In this document: positions 35,887 to 50,097 of the stretch, one piece after another
Position numbering within the stretch: position 1 is the first letter of the stretch
Layout: each line of letters begins with the position of its first letter
Assembly: GCA_951406725.2 (NCBI GenBank)
Contig: OX597831.1
Location: 36,394,001-36,458,000 of the forward strand
Direction of reading: 5' to 3'
Origin: Octopus vulgaris
Lineage: Eukaryota
DNA length: 64,000 bases
Made by a program: the position numbers and the translations under genes
Notes under the pieces: model-generated
What the model was told of the DNA's origin: nothing
Database searches by the model: none
Seen by the model: the letters and a program-made list of their open reading frames with translations, nothing else

Positions 35887-37854
35887 ATACAGAAGATATG
35901 TTTCTGAAATATTCCAATATAAAAAAAATAATGGTTTTTAAGACTTGTCAAATAAAATTACCTACTTTTGTATAAGATTTCTACAATTCATTGTAACTAC
36001 TCACAGTTCTGTTGTGAGCTTTAGTAAATTGACGCAAGATGGTGACTTTAGTTCAGCACCGAATAAATAGCCAGAAACGGAGAGGCTGATGAGAGAAACA
36101 GAATTTGAGAAGGAAAATATTACTAGGACATTCAGCGAACATAGCCAATGGTAGTGGTAGGCTAGTAATGGTGCTAAATGGCTGGTGTGATGTAGAATAA
36201 GAATAAATAATGTATTTGGAAAACTGAGGTGTGTGAATATAGAAAGTAGAAGTAGATAGCAAAAGCAGAAAAAAATGGAAAAAATACAGGAAAAGAAAGG
36301 GAATATTTTAAAAAAAACTGGAAGTCTAGGAAGAAGCTATGAGAAGAGGCAGAATAAGCTGAAGGAACTGGAATAAGATGTTGGTAAAAGGATATAGAAG
36401 AAAAAGTAAAACAGCAACAAAAGATGGGAGATAGAAGAGAAGCAACTACAAGTAACGGCGAAAGAACAAGGAAAAGTAAGAACAGTAGAAGAACCATGAA
36501 TGTCAAATGTATATTTACACCACTGAACATAGACTTAACTCTGTTAACAATCATGAGGCAACTAATCTAAGAAGCTGTCTGCAGCTATTAAAGAAAATCA
36601 CAATAAACAGCGCTAAATTTTAACTTTTATTGTAAAAGTTTGTTTTCTTTATTAATTTAGTGCATTGGTTTTCTACTTCGAATAGTTCTGGTATAGTGTT
36701 CTATCAGTTGAAAGTATTCAATCTAGGAAGTAATCTACTTTGAAAGTGTAGAACTTTCGAGAAGATCTGAAATAATTTATTTCAACGGTCAATCTCGAAA
36801 TAGATACCGCTATAAATATTACCAGGTAATATATAGTTTTTGTTTTTCTTAAAAACCAAAAAAAAAAAAAAAAATACTCGTGGCTGAAAATAAAATGCCA
36901 AAGGTCATCTGCACGACACGAAACCGCATCACAGATACCGTAAATAGTTTCAGCTGATACTGGTATTTTGAATAATATCACATGATCTGTGTGGTTAATT
37001 TCTACTTTAAATTATTTCACAGGATACTTGCTTCCTATTTTGAATAATTTAATCGTATAGATAGATATACTGCTTATGCAAAAACAGTTAAGGTGAAAAA
37101 GAAATCGCCGATTTCATAGTTTTACCGAAATTATTCTAAATTCCAAACTGTTCTTTCTAAGTAATGGCTGAAGAACAAGGAAAAATAGTAACACCTGAAG
37201 AACCATGAATGTCAAATATATATTTACACCACTGAACATAGATCTAACTCTGTTTAACAATCATGAGATTGCTAATTTAAGTAGCTGTCTGTGTCTATTA
37301 AAGGAAATCGCATTAAATTCTACTAAATTTTAACTTTTATTGCCGAATTTTGTTTTATTTATTAATTTGGTGTACTGTTTTCTGCTTTGAATATTTCCAC
37401 CTGATAGATACTTTCTGCTTTGAATAACATCAATTTTAGAGTTACGCTGCTCAATCAAAAACAGATAAGGTAAGAGCAGCTCAGTTACTGATTTAACAGT
37501 TCTATCAAAAGTATGCTTTAAATTCTGATCTATGCTTCTTACCGAGTTTTATATTTTTGTCACAATAAATGTTGGTGTTGTAGTTTAGATACCTTATGCA
37601 CAGACTTGTAATCAAAAGCAGCTCAAACACGAAACAACTGAAATGAAAGTAAAAATAAAGAGATATATAGACAAGTTCTTTGGCTTGCTTTCTTTTTAGC
37701 GGGTGTGTCAAAAACTACATGCTCTGAAATGCGACCTTCCAATTTATAAAGACGGAAGAGAGAAATTCGGCTGCTTTTCTGTCAGTATGGATAAATACTT
37801 AGGTATTCTTTTGTTGATTTTAGTTTCAATACCGTTAGTGTGGGCCTCCCATTG

Positions 37855-38865
37855 GGGAGACGAGGAGATGACAGAGTCGTTAGATCGTCGTGGAAAATGC
37901 TTTGCGGTATTTGTTCTGAGTTCAAATCCAACCGAAGGCAATTTTCTTTTTCATCCTTTCGGGGCCGATAAAAATGCCAGTTGAGCACTGAGGGGGGAGG
38001 GGCGGATTTTTTCCTCCCCTCAACATTACTGGCCTTGTGACAAAAATTGGGAGTGGTGGTGTGGTAAGAAGCTGGCTTCTCAATCACTTAGTACCGGGTT
38101 CAGTCCCACTGCATGGCACCTTGGGCATGTGTCTTCTACTGTAGCCTCGGGTCAATTAAAGCTTTGTGTGTGGATTTGGTAGACGGAAACTGAAAGAAGC
38201 CCATCGTATATATATATATGTGTGTGTGTATGCATATGTGTGTGTGTGCATGTGTGTGTATGCGTGTGCATGTGCATTTGTGTGTCTGTGTTTGTCTCCC
38301 CACCATCGCTTGACAACTGATATTGATGCGGTTCGGTAAAAGATACTGCTATAATAAGCACTAGGCTTACAAAGTCAAATAACTGAAGCAAGTAAAATAA
38401 TAAAATCCTTTCTGTTATAGGCACAAGGCCTGAAATCTTAGAGGAAGGGGGTAGTTGATCACATCGACCTCACTTTTCTATTGATCCCGAAGGGATGAAA
38501 GTCAAAATCGACCTTGGAGGAATTTCAATCCAGAACATAAAGGCGGACGGAATGCCGCTAAGCATTTTGCCCGACGTGCTAACGATTCTGCTAGTTCGCC
38601 GCCTTAGCATTGTTAAGTATCAGAAATCTGTTTGACTCTTTCTGGCGGATTGGCAAAATGGTTAGAGCATCTGAAAGAAAAAGAACACTGCTTTGCGGTA
38701 TTTTTTCTGGCTCTCACATTCTGAATTCAAATCCAGCCATGGTCAAAAATGCCTTTCATCATTTCAGGGATGATAAAACAATGTATCACACAAGCACAGG
38801 GGCTGACAGTATGAACTTATCTGCTCCCAACAAAAATGCTAGTCTTACTCTTAAATTTGAAGCTA
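37855..38865. mobile_element. SINE cluster: A-type (+), B (+, 38048-38400), A-type (-, 38405-38605), A-type (+, 38640-38865)
   Basis: Diverged matches to the family A and B copies elsewhere in the window. Confidence 0.7.
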
Positions 38866-39725
38866 TTTCCATGATTTTCTTCCATCAAAACAGGTGCATA
38901 ACAGGTCCATCAAAACGGGTACATAAAATAGAATATTTTTAAAATAATGTTTTCAATCTATTGATCATACCTTTAGGAAACGTCTTTAATATTTACATCC
39001 TTCTTTGCATTTCAAACGGTTTCCTCTCCGATTATCATTAAAAATCTTATTGTTCAATCAGTATACCAGACTAGATTCGAACTAGCAGTCTTTGTGTTTA
39101 TTCATTTTTCTTTAAGTGTGAAATATTTTAATAAGAGATTTAGTGTGTTTATCTTAATTAGTATTCTGATTTATTCTAATAACACTTGCTCAAGGATGAA
39201 TTATAAAATTTCTGCAATGCATTATTTATATCTAAATTAGTAAGTGTTTACTGCTCTTAATTATAATTAAGTAGTCATTTATAAAATTTGCCAATTAATA
39301 ATTTAAAAGAGAGAAATTAACATCTGTACTTTGCACATTAAAATTTAGAGTGCAAAATGACCATTCGTTTAAACAATACAATGCCATTTTAGGGGGAGAT
39401 GAAACACGGAAAAACTTGTATTTAAGCTGAAACTCATCATTCACTTTAAAAAATTCCGTCTCAATGTGAAGAAAGCACTTATCTTTTTACTTTTATTTTT
39501 TTTGTTTCAATCATTCGACTACGGCCATACTTGGGCATCGTTTTGAAGAATTCTAGTCGAATGAATCGACCCCCCCAGTAATCTTTTAAAGCCTAGTACT
39601 TATTCTATCGATCTTTTGCTGAACCGCTAAGTTACAGAGAACACCGGTTGTCAATCAGTGGTGAGTGGACAAACACAGACACAAAGACACACATACATTG
39701 ATACACACACACACACATACATATA

Positions 39726-41255
39726 CAGGCATACCCCGGTGTAAGTCGTTTCGATTTAAGTCGTTCTCGATTATACGTCAGTTTGCAAAAATAATATATG
39801 GAAAAATAAAAATCAAGTTAAGTCATTTTACTCAACTTTACGCCTGTCCGCCAGAAATATTGTAATCGTAAAATCACTAGAAAACCGTTAATAGCGCATA
39901 AAATCGTGTTACTATACAATAAGTAAGAATAAAAGCATATAAAATCATACAGTAAATGTTAAGATACACACCATAAAGTATTGTAGCTTAGTGAACGAAA
40001 TCAAGAAATCAGCTGTGTTGTGTTATTTATCGGTCTTTCGGAGCTCATATTGCACTGTAGTTCCAGTATCTACCGTTAGGCGCCATTGTCACTCGTGATT
40101 CCTACGATTGTTTTGAATTCAGATTTGTTTACGTCTGTTTATCGGCTACTTTCTCATTCTCATTCATTTGTGTCTTTGTTTTTTGCCCCCATGGCTCCTA
40201 AAAAAATTCACAGTGAAAGTGCTAAATAATATGCTATAACACTGGAAGATAAACGGGCTATGATAAAACGCCATGATAAAGGTGAAAAAGTGGTAACAAT
40301 TGCACGATCTTTTGGGATGAGTCGTACAACTGGATCGACGATTGTACATAATAAAGACAAGATTTTAGCACATATCAAATCTGAAGTCCCAGGGATGAAG
40401 ACACTACCATCAATAAGAAAAGAGGCAAACTCTTTGAAGAAATGGAAAGTCTTCTTCCTCTTTGGGTTAGGTCGGAGGAAGAGGATTTCACAGATTTATT
40501 TGAAAAAAGACAAGCAGCCCCTGACGAACGAGGATTTGATAGTTTCACGAGCAGCAAAATAAAGAAGAAGAGGAAGTCGAACTTGAGCCACGTCACTTTA
40601 CCATTAATAAAAGGCAACAAGCATTTGCATATTTCTATGTTCGCGGATATGGATCCAAATGCTCAACGCTTTACCAAGATTATGGGAGCTTGTCAAGAAG
40701 CTTTTGCTCCTAATAATGTAATCTTTGAGGAAAAGAAGACAATTCAAGGAACTCTCAACCGGTTTTTAATCGCATCGAACACCAAGAATAACCAGAGTCA
40801 GCTATTGATGTTGACGATTCACAGCCATCTACATCCGCGATGTAAATCACCAAATTGTTTGTACGTATTGGTAAATTTTAAATAATTAATTTTTTTTTTT
40901 ACTTTTGCAAAATAATAATAATTACTGAATTTGTTTTTTAAGCTTGAAAAAGGCTTTTATTTTACCATGTTTTATCGCAAACTGCATTCACAAATAAAAC
41001 GCCCGCGATGTACGGTAGACACCGCCAAATTGTATTCGTAAATTTGGATTACTTTTCTTTTTAACTGTACTGTATATGACAATAAAAATTATTTGTTTGT
41101 AAGCTTGAAATAGGTTTTTATTAAGCATGTATTATTGAAAATGCATTCATAAATAAAGTACAGAACTGGGAACGATCATTTTCGGTTTATCCTAGAGAAA
41201 GTAAGTTCGGCTTAACCTAACCTAGAGACAATTTAATTCGACTTAAGTTGCTTTT
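39726..41255 (+). mobile_element. Tigger/pogo-like DNA transposon, internally deleted
   Basis: TA|CAGGCATACCCCG terminus. CENP-B-like HTH MAPKK...ITLEDKRAMIKRHDKGEKVVTIARSFGMSRTT and C-terminal QPLTNEDL and DMDPNAQRF remnants. The DDE core is missing. Confidence 0.75.
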
Positions 41256-41372
41256 CAAGCCTAAAAAAGGCTTTTATTTTACCATGTTGATCTGAACCCG
41301 AAACCATGTGGTTGTGAAGCAAGCTTCTTACCATTCTGCCACACTTGTGCTCATACTGATACATATCTCAAA

Positions 41373-41758
41373 GTGGAGGTGCAATGGCCCAGTGGTTAGG
41401 GCAACGGACTCGCGGTCATAGGATCGCGGTTTCGATTCCCAGACCGGGCGTTGTGAGTGTTTATTGAGCGAAAACACCTAAAAAGCTCCACGAGGCTCCG
41501 GCAGGGGATGGTGGTGATCCCTGCTGTACTCTTTCACCACAACTTTCTCTCACTCTTACTTCCTGTTTCTGTTGTACCTGTATTTCAAGGGGCCGACCTT
41601 GTCACTCTCTGTGTCACGCTGAATATCCCCGAGAACTACGTTAAGGGTGCACGTGTCTGTGGAGTGCTCAGCCACTTACACGTTAATTTCACGAGCAGGC
41701 TGTTCCGTTGATTCGGATCAACCGGAACCCTCATCGTCGTAACCGACGGAGTGCTTCC
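41373..41758 (+). mobile_element. SINE family C
   Basis: Full length; TSD ACATATCTCAAA. Confidence 0.9.
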
Positions 41759-42294
41759 ACATATCTCAAAAAAATTACAATAATGAAGTAAAGAAACATA
41801 GGAGCAAATTATAACATCATGCTTGACAGAGCATAACTAGTATCTAGACGAAGAAAGATATAAAATTAATCACCGAAGGATGCCCTCTGCATAAAAAAGA
41901 ATAGTTAAGTTAATGTTAACATAATTTAGTGGAAGTTGCGGACGATGGGGTGGAGGGACTCCGGAACCTTCCGAAATATTTTGATAAATATTATGCAATG
42001 TGTTCTTTGCTGCAGAGGTTTAATAGGAACAAAACGTGTAGAATTGTTTCTCGTCTTTTCTGAATTGATTAAAGTAAAATTAATCAGTAAGATAATGTCC
42101 GCCTCATTGTTTAGTTATTTTTAAAAAATTAAATTAAAATATAAGCTAAGACTCTTCCAATGTGTCGCATATTTTCTTGAAATATGTCAGTCTCTTCTTA
42201 TGTGTGTGTGTGCGTGTGTTTGTGCTTGTCTCTCACCCTCTCTCTCTCTCTCTCTCTCTCTCTTCTTCTTCCACATATATTCATTTATTTATTT

Positions 42295-43036
42295 ACTTGT
42301 TTTAGTCATGGAGCACCGCCTTTAGTCGAACAAATCGACTTCAAGATTTAGTCTTTGTAAGCCCAGTACATATTCTTTCGGATCTTTTGCCTAACCGCCA
42401 AGTTACGGGGACGTAAACACACCAACATCGGTTGTGAAGAGATGGTAGGTGGATGGGTGGGTCAAACACAGAAATACAACTACATATATATATACATAAA
42501 TATATACGACGGGATTCTTTCAGCTTCTGTCTACCAAATCCACTCCCAAGACTTTGGTCAGCTTTAGGCTATACTAGAAGACACTTACCCAAGTTGTCGC
42601 GCAGTAGGAATGAACCCGGAACCATATGGTTGGGAAGCATGCCTCTTATTTCTTTATTGCCACAAGAGGATTAACAAGGGGATTAAGTCGATTACATCGA
42701 CTCCAGTGCGTAATTGGTACTTGATTTATTGATCCCGAAAGGATGAAAGGCAAAGTCGAATTCGTTGGAATTTGAACTCAGACCGTAACGGCAGACGATA
42801 TTCCTATTTCTTTACTACCTACAAGGGGCTAAACACAGAGGGGACAAACAAGGACAGACAGACGGATTAAGTCGATTATATCGAACCCAGTGCGTAACTG
42901 GTACTTATTTAATCGACCCCGAAAGGATGAAAGGCAAAGTCGACCTCGGCAGAATTTGAACTCAGAAGGTAACGACAGATGAAATACCGCTAAGCATTTC
43001 GCCCGGCGTGCTAACGATTCTGCGAGCACGCCGCCT
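42295..43036 (-). mobile_element. SINE family B interrupted by a tandem dimer of family A (42645-43036)
   Basis: The family B body stops at ...GGTTGGGAAGCATG and resumes as CTTCTTACCACA after the A dimer. Confidence 0.8.
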
Positions 43037-43461
43037 TCTTACCACAAACCACTCCCAGACGATTTTCAGCTTTGGTTACAGCTACAGCATATATATTTTT
43101 CTGTCGTGTGATAACAATTGTCTGAAGGCGTATGCTTCCCACCACCCAAATCAATACTAGAAAGGCAACGTTACTTATACATGATTAGCAAACCATTTTT
43201 TCACTGATGGCGATGATTTATTATTAACTGATTTTCTTGCATGTAACCCTGAATGACTATCATGATCAATCTTGGGAAATCACGATTATAATATTAATAT
43301 TTGAAGAGATTATTAGCATCTATGATAGTGGTCATTTGGTAGAACCGTTTATGCATTGAGAAAATGTCTTACGTTATTTGTTCCAGCTTCATAAGTACAT
43401 CCGTTAAACATCGATAAAATAAAGTCTCAATCAAGTGGTTGAGTCCATGTAATCGGATAGT

Positions 43462-44379
43462 CCGGGGGTCAACAAACTACGGCCCGTGGGTCGTATTCGG
43501 TCCACTAAATCAGTTCATCTGGACCGCCGCTGCACTGTGCCTTTTGTGTAAGTACCTGCAATGAGAGTTCATTTGCTTCTGGTATGGCAGTGGATGGAAG
43601 CACTCCGTCGGTTACGACGACGAGGGTTCCGGTTGATCCGAATCAACGGAACAGCCTGCTCGTGAATTTAACGTGTAAGTGGCTGAGCACTCCACAGACA
43701 CGTGTACCCTTAACGTAGTTCTCGGGGATATTCAGCGTGACACAGAGTGTGACAAGGCCGGCCCTTTGAAATACAGGTACAACAGAAACAGGAAGTAAGA
43801 GTGAGAGAAAGTTGTGGTGAAAGAGTACAGCAGGGATCACCACCATCCCCTGTCGGAGCCTCGTGGAGCTTTTAGGTGTTTTCGCTCAATAAACACTCCC
43901 AACGCCCGGTCTGGAAATCGAAACCGCGATCCTATGACAGCGAGTCCGCTGCCCTAACCACTGGGCCATTGAGCCTCCACAGTGTTTGGAACAACTTATA
44001 TCTGTAAGTAAACATCTTCAATAATGAAGGATGGGAAGTCAACACATCGAATGAGGTTGATTGATGAATATTTGAGAGCAATTCTCTTGGTTGGATGCAG
44101 CAATTCCATAGCAAATATTGATGATATCTTAAAAGCTAGACACCAAATCCCACCAACCTTTTTTGCTGCTTAGTTTGTGAGATTCGGATATGTGTACACT
44201 GGGTGTGATATCTTATTGCTAACGTTGCCTTCTTTGATAATTTTTTAGTAAATAAATATGTTAGTTATCATCAATTTTTGTGTATTCACTGTATTGTATT
44301 GAACAAATTGGTTATGCGGCCCGCGCTCGTCTACTCTCAGTTATTTCGCCCGCCGTGAAAAAAGGTCTGGTGACCTCTG
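43462..44379. mobile_element. hAT (Charlie-like) non-autonomous element interrupted by a SINE
   Basis: 5' CCGGGGGTCAACAAACTACGGCCCG and 3' GCGGCCCGC...AAAAGGTCTGGTGACCTCTG termini. Confidence 0.55.
43591..43979 (-). mobile_element. SINE family C
   Basis: Full length; nested in the hAT-like element. Confidence 0.9.
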
Positions 44380-44996
44380 GGCTAGCCCATCCCACAAATT
44401 CCAGGCATTGTGCCTATATTCGAAACATTATAGATTTACTTCTGTCTGCGTTTCGTTCCAGTTTTTCCTGTTTAATGCTTCTCTCTTCAAAATGCTTCGA
44501 TGCACTGAGTATATTTCTTGTTTATTTTTTTTTTCAGAGGAGATTTATAGACGGTTTAATGACAGACCTTATTATCAAGGAGAATAATAACGTCGTGTTA
44601 AGGTGATTAATCTTTTTCATATGTCAGTTTATATAATTATTACCTCTTTAAAAGTCTACTTCACTCCACCTAATTATATTTAACTTCCTTACCAATATAC
44701 GTATGTGTAAGTCAGCTAATTCAGTTGCTTAATCCACTTAATTCTTTTGTTCCCCACCGTAGTCTCACATTAACTGCGCTCAACATTTCTCTTAATAAAA
44801 ATGTTCACAACCAATGTGACACAATTAGATTATTGCTTACTACTAGTCTTCGAATATAAATGACAGTGTCTCCCTCTCTCCGTTTGTTCGCCCCACTGAC
44901 AAGCGCATCAAAATGAAATAGCTGCTATGATATTTCTGTTTTCTATGCATTTCGTTAAATTTGATTTGCAAGCACGTCGTTTCCTAGAGCACAATA

Positions 44997-45230
44997 CCTA
45001 TTTCTTTACTACTCACAAGGGGCTAAACACAGAGGAGACAAACAAGGACAGATAAACGGATTAAGTCGATTATATCGACCCCAGTGTGTAACTGGTACTT
45101 AATTTATCGACCCCAAAAGTATGAAAGGCAAAGTCGACCTCGGCGGAATTTGAATTCAGAACGTGTCGGCAGACGAAATACGGCGTCGCATTTCGCCCGG
45201 GTGCTAACGTTTCTGCCAGCTCACCGCCTT
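44997..45230 (-). mobile_element. SINE family A
   Basis: Full-length reverse match. Confidence 0.85.
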
Positions 45231-46182
45231 CTTACCACAAACCACTCCTATAAAATCATAGACGATTTTCGGCTTTGGTTACAGCTACAGCGTATATATT
45301 TTTCTGCAGTTAGTTCCTATGTCGAGTGATAACAATTGTCTGAAGGCGTATCCTTCCCACCACCCAGATCAATACCAGAAATACAGCGTTACTTATACAG
45401 GATTAGCAAACGATTTTCTCCTTGATGGCGATGATCTATGATTAACTGGTTTTCTTGCATGTAGCCCTGAATGACTATCATGATCAGTCTTGGGAAATCA
45501 CGATTATCTAGTCTTCGAATATAAATGACAGTGTCTCCCTCTCTCTCTCTGTTTGTTCGCCCCACTGACAAGCGCATCAAAATGAAATTGCTATGATATT
45601 TCTGTTTTCTCTGCATTTCGTTAAATTTGATTTTTAAGTACAACTTTTCCTAGAGCACAATACTCCTTAAGTTAGCTGCCTCAGATTTCTCTCGTGCTCC
45701 ATACGAACTACCCGGACTTCACATCTCAGTCTACTATTTTGCAAGACTGTTTTATGCCTAGAATATTTGCTAACTTCAGAGCATCAAAATCATTTTCGTA
45801 GTCTCTTAAGTAACATTGGGAAGAAACTTTTGTTGAAAATTCTCCAACCGTTTATCATAGTTTCAATATAATGCATAATGCATAATGTCTATGATTCACA
45901 GACATACAACAAAACCGACAAAATACCTGCTCGGAAAATAGATATATGTTAGCGCCATTTAGTTTATATATATCATCGAGACCAAAACACAAATTTTAAG
46001 TTTCCAAAAGAAATCCATCCATATCTCTTGTGTTCTTTTTCTTATTTTGTTATCAAAAATTGAATCTCTGTTCTACAGGCTGCTGCCATGATATATGAAA
46101 GATGGTAAGTTTATCAGTTTTAACATACCAACAGGTTCGGACCAACCACAAGCTTTACAACACACACACACACACACACATA

Positions 46183-46246
<64 letters not shown>

Positions 46247-47726
46247 AGAGAGGAAGAGAGAGACGTATGTGTACGTAAACATGTATATATTAGAATATGT
46301 ATGTGATATCTGTGCGCGTGCGCATGGATAATCAATTTTGGGAATAAATAAAAACTGACTTGTTTCACTTTTAAGTGATGTCATTTCCAGATGTAATGGA
46401 AAATTCCAAACAAGATACACACAATTTTTGAAATATCTTTTAGAAGAGAGATAATGAATACAAAATTGCTTTCAGTATTAAATAAAAAAAAAGTAGTTTT
46501 TAGTAAAGTAACATGCAATTATATTTTACCAGATCAGATCCAAAACTGCATTATGAATGGCAATTGAATAAAGAGAACATCTTAAAATCTGACTTAGAAT
46601 TTATTTAATTTGCCTTTTAAAGGAGAATAAGATACTTATATTCTGTGTCTTCCATATACATATTTGTATAGATTGACTCTCTTTCTCTCTGTGTGTGTGT
46701 CTGTGTGCACAGCATTACTTTGTGTTGAATATAATTATATTTTATCAGGTCTCTCTGGAAAGCTTTGTGAATTTTGTAAAGTGTGTTTTAAAATATACAT
46801 GACATTAACATGTGTGCATATATGCGTGTTCATATGAGTGTGTACGCACATCATAATTTATTTCCATCATCTGTTTCATCTCTGTGTTTTTTTTATTATT
46901 TAGTTTACATCAATTTTCAAATAGATTGTCTCTCTATGTTTCTCATCTATGTCACCTGCTTTCTTGAGTCTTAAATTAATCATATTTATTTTTTATGAGC
47001 TTATAATGATATTTTTCATATTTCTTCATTTTTGAAATCTTCTTGACAATATTTCTACTAACATTCTTATAAATCCCTTTTAGGAGACATGTAATTTAAT
47101 CCAGTTTCTTTAGTTTATTTACCAGACCAGCTGTTTTAACCACTGGCCGTTTTTCAAGGAGAACAACAGCGTTGTCATTTTTAAGATTATTAAATATTTG
47201 TAGTAATTAGTTATTCCTTCTTCAAAGGTCTACATCATTCCAAATCAGCTGTACTTGATTTCGACACCAATTCCGGTGTAAATCATCTCTCCTGTTATTT
47301 GATAATCTTAATTCTTTTCTTCTCTGCTATTTTCTCTCATTAATGATGTTTTGTTTATAACTTATCATGCCAATGTAGCACAAATTATGACTATAATTGG
47401 CAGTGTCTCCTTGTCTCTGTATGTCCGTCTCAGTGGCATGTACATCAAAGGCAAAAAAAAGTGCTCTGATACTTTCACTATCTCTGTATTTCATTAAACA
47501 CCTGACATCGTTTCCATAGCTGGAGACAGTAAAAATGTACGTGGGTGTACGTGGGTGTACATAAGGTTTTGTTAATAAATGACAAAGGCCGTCTAAATTG
47601 AACGTGTTGGTATCTAGATATTTCAGTTCAATCTTATCAGCTAAATTTAATAATTATAGTTCATCTCTTTCCATCTATATATCTATGTATAAATGCATGT
47701 ATCTATCTCTATGTCTGTCTCTCTGA

Positions 47727-48320
47727 TTGTTGCCATAGTAACGAAGCCAAAGCACGCAGAGTAAAGCCGCTTGGCAAAGATTGACATTAAGCTATGTTGT
47801 GTATGTGCACTAAGTTTTAACACTCTAGATCAATTTTCCTGCTTACAGCAGTGCTAGGAAGGAAGGTGTGTAGCATGTGATCGTCACATTGCCCATGACA
47901 GAGAAAGCTGTCATAGCGATACCTGCTCAGAGACTTGAGCAAAGGTGTAGAAAGTGTGTGGAGATGAGTGTATGAGTCGCACACAAGTGTACGAGTGGCT
48001 CAGATGTTTCTAAGATGGCCAAAAATATGTCGATATAAACGAATGTTCTGGGAGACCCGCAACCAGCAGAACTGAGAAAAATATCGCAGATGTGCGTGCA
48101 GCTGTGAGGGGAAATCGTCGAATCACCATCCGTGAATTATCAGAAGATATGCAGATTAGTTATAGTTGAGTTCAATCTATTATCACTGAAGATTTGGGTA
48201 TGAGAGATGTGTCTGCCAAGTTTGTACCAAAACTGCTTTCCATTGAGCAAAGGGACACTCGGGTTTCAGTTGCACAAAACTTCTTGATTGTGTCGAGTAC
48301 GATGAAAACGTTTTCAAAAC
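47727..48320 (+). mobile_element. Second copy of the same mariner family (fragment)
   Basis: Colinear with 3490-4083, e.g. ATAGTAACGAAGC and GCAACCAGCAGAACTGAGAAAAA. Confidence 0.85.
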
Positions 48321-48324
48321 GTCA

Positions 48325-49310
48325 GTCTAATTCGAAAAGAGTTGGATGAGTCCAATGGTGATTACGAATGTTCGGCAGCTCGGAATACTCACTCTCAACG
48401 TTCTGATAAGAAAAGAACACCTGAATTTGTTGGTGGCATCCACACCATGATTGACAACCATTTATCCAAGTCAATTAGATCCATCTCGAGGGACATGGGA
48501 GTATCTGAGTATTTCATCAGGCAGGGACTGCATGAAGACATTCGGTATTTCTCATTCAAGAAGAGAAAGGGTCAATTTTTATTTCAAGCCACCAAGGAGA
48601 AGAGGAAAGACCCTGTTATGAAGATTTTTAACAAACTCAAGTACCCACTTCAACTGAACATGCTTCGGTTTTTCTAAGACGAGAAACATTTCTGCCAGGA
48701 TGAAATAGTGAACACCCAGAACAAACGCTGGCTTACCGTGTCCCTAAGATATGTATCGAGAGTGATAAAAATCAAATATCCAGTCAACATCATAGTGTTT
48801 GGAGTGATGGCAACGTTATGCCTCCATTCTTTTTCCTACACGGCCTCAGATTCAAAACGGAGGCCTACATCAAGTGGCTGGAGGAGATAGTATCGCCCTG
48901 GGTCAGGAGGGTGGCTTCTGGAAGAGCCTATTTCTGGCAACAGGCCTCTGCTCTATGCCACACAAGCAAAAGAATCCAGTCGTGGCTGTCAGACAATTTC
49001 TGCCAACGCACCACCTTTAAAATTTTGCCATCTAACTCCCCAGACTGCAACCCCTTGATTATTATGTGTGGGACGGAGTTGAACGAGAAGACAACAAAAC
49101 TCCTTGTAACACCAAAGACGAACTGAAGGCAAAGATTATGGCAGCGTTCACTAACTTAAACAAGGAGACCGTCCAGAAGAGTTGCAGGAGATTTCGAAGT
49201 GGTTAAGCCAGTGGTGATTTTATTGAATAAATTTACTCTTTAGCATTTCAAGATATTTTTCTGTAATTTTGGTAACTATACCTGTTAAAATGGAGATGTC
49301 AGTGTTATTT
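48325..49310 (+). pseudogene. Degenerate Tc1/mariner-superfamily transposase, probably maT (DD37D) type
   Basis: RTPEF...SIRSISRDMGVS, FF*DEK, MPPFFF, WQQ.SA.CHTS, SNSPDCNPL(DY) and NTKDELKAKI, spread across frameshifts and stops. Confidence 0.85.
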
Positions 49311-49377
49311 TCATTTTTGCGTAATTTAGACGTCTGTATATTTGTATATGTGTATGTGTGTGAGTGTGTTGTTTATG

Positions 49378-49417
<40 letters not shown>

Positions 49418-49418
<1 letters not shown>

Positions 49419-49615
49419 TCTCTTTTCTGTCTTTTACTTGTTTCAGTCATTTGACTGCGGCTATGCTGGAGCACAGCCTTTAGTCGAGCAACTCAGGACT
49501 TATTCTTCGTAAGCCCAGTACTTATTTTATCGGTCTCTTTTGCCGAACCGCTAAGTGACGGGGACGTAAACACACCGCCATCGGTTGTCAAGCAATGCTA
49601 GGGGGGCAAAAACAG

Positions 49616-49650
<35 letters not shown>

Positions 49651-49819
49651 CATATATATGACGGGCTTCTTTCAGTTTCCGTCTACCAAATCCACTCACA
49701 AGGCTTTGGTCGGTCCGAGGCTATAGTAGAAGACACTTGCTCAAGGTGCCACGCAGTGGGAATGAACCCGGGACCATGTGGTTGGTATGCAAGCTACTTA
49801 CCACACAGCCACTCCTGCG

Positions 49820-49822
<3 letters not shown>
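49418..49822 (-). mobile_element. SINE family B
   Basis: Full-length reverse match. Confidence 0.9.
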
Positions 49823-49851
<29 letters not shown>

Positions 49852-49855
<4 letters not shown>

Positions 49856-50097
49856 GTTGATGCACAATTATTGCGGCTTTATTTTAACAAATTTTATTCA
49901 GCAAAAACAATAATATTTTTAACAAAAACATCTTTAAATGACGGTCTGACCGTCTGCCAAGAAAACGGGAAGCAGTAATTGAAGTAGATGGTGAATATAC
50001 ACCGGAATAATAATTTAAAGATTTTTTTTGTTTCATGTTATTGTTTTTGTTGAATAAATTTGTTGAAAAATGCCGCAATAATTATGCACATACCCAA
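49852..50097 (+). mobile_element. Mariner-derived MITE inserted in (TA)n
   Basis: TIRs TTGGGTTGATGCACAATTATTGCGGC / GCCGCAATAATTATGCACATACCCAA, TA flanks, and a transposase C-terminal remnant (EAVIEVDGEY). Confidence 0.8.

Noticed and set aside
37787-37984. Signal-peptide-like ORF MDKYLGILLLILVSIPLVWASHWGDEE
   Set aside because: The part after the hydrophobic stretch is a diverged SINE-A head, and T-rich DNA readily gives hydrophobic peptides. No supporting exons were found.
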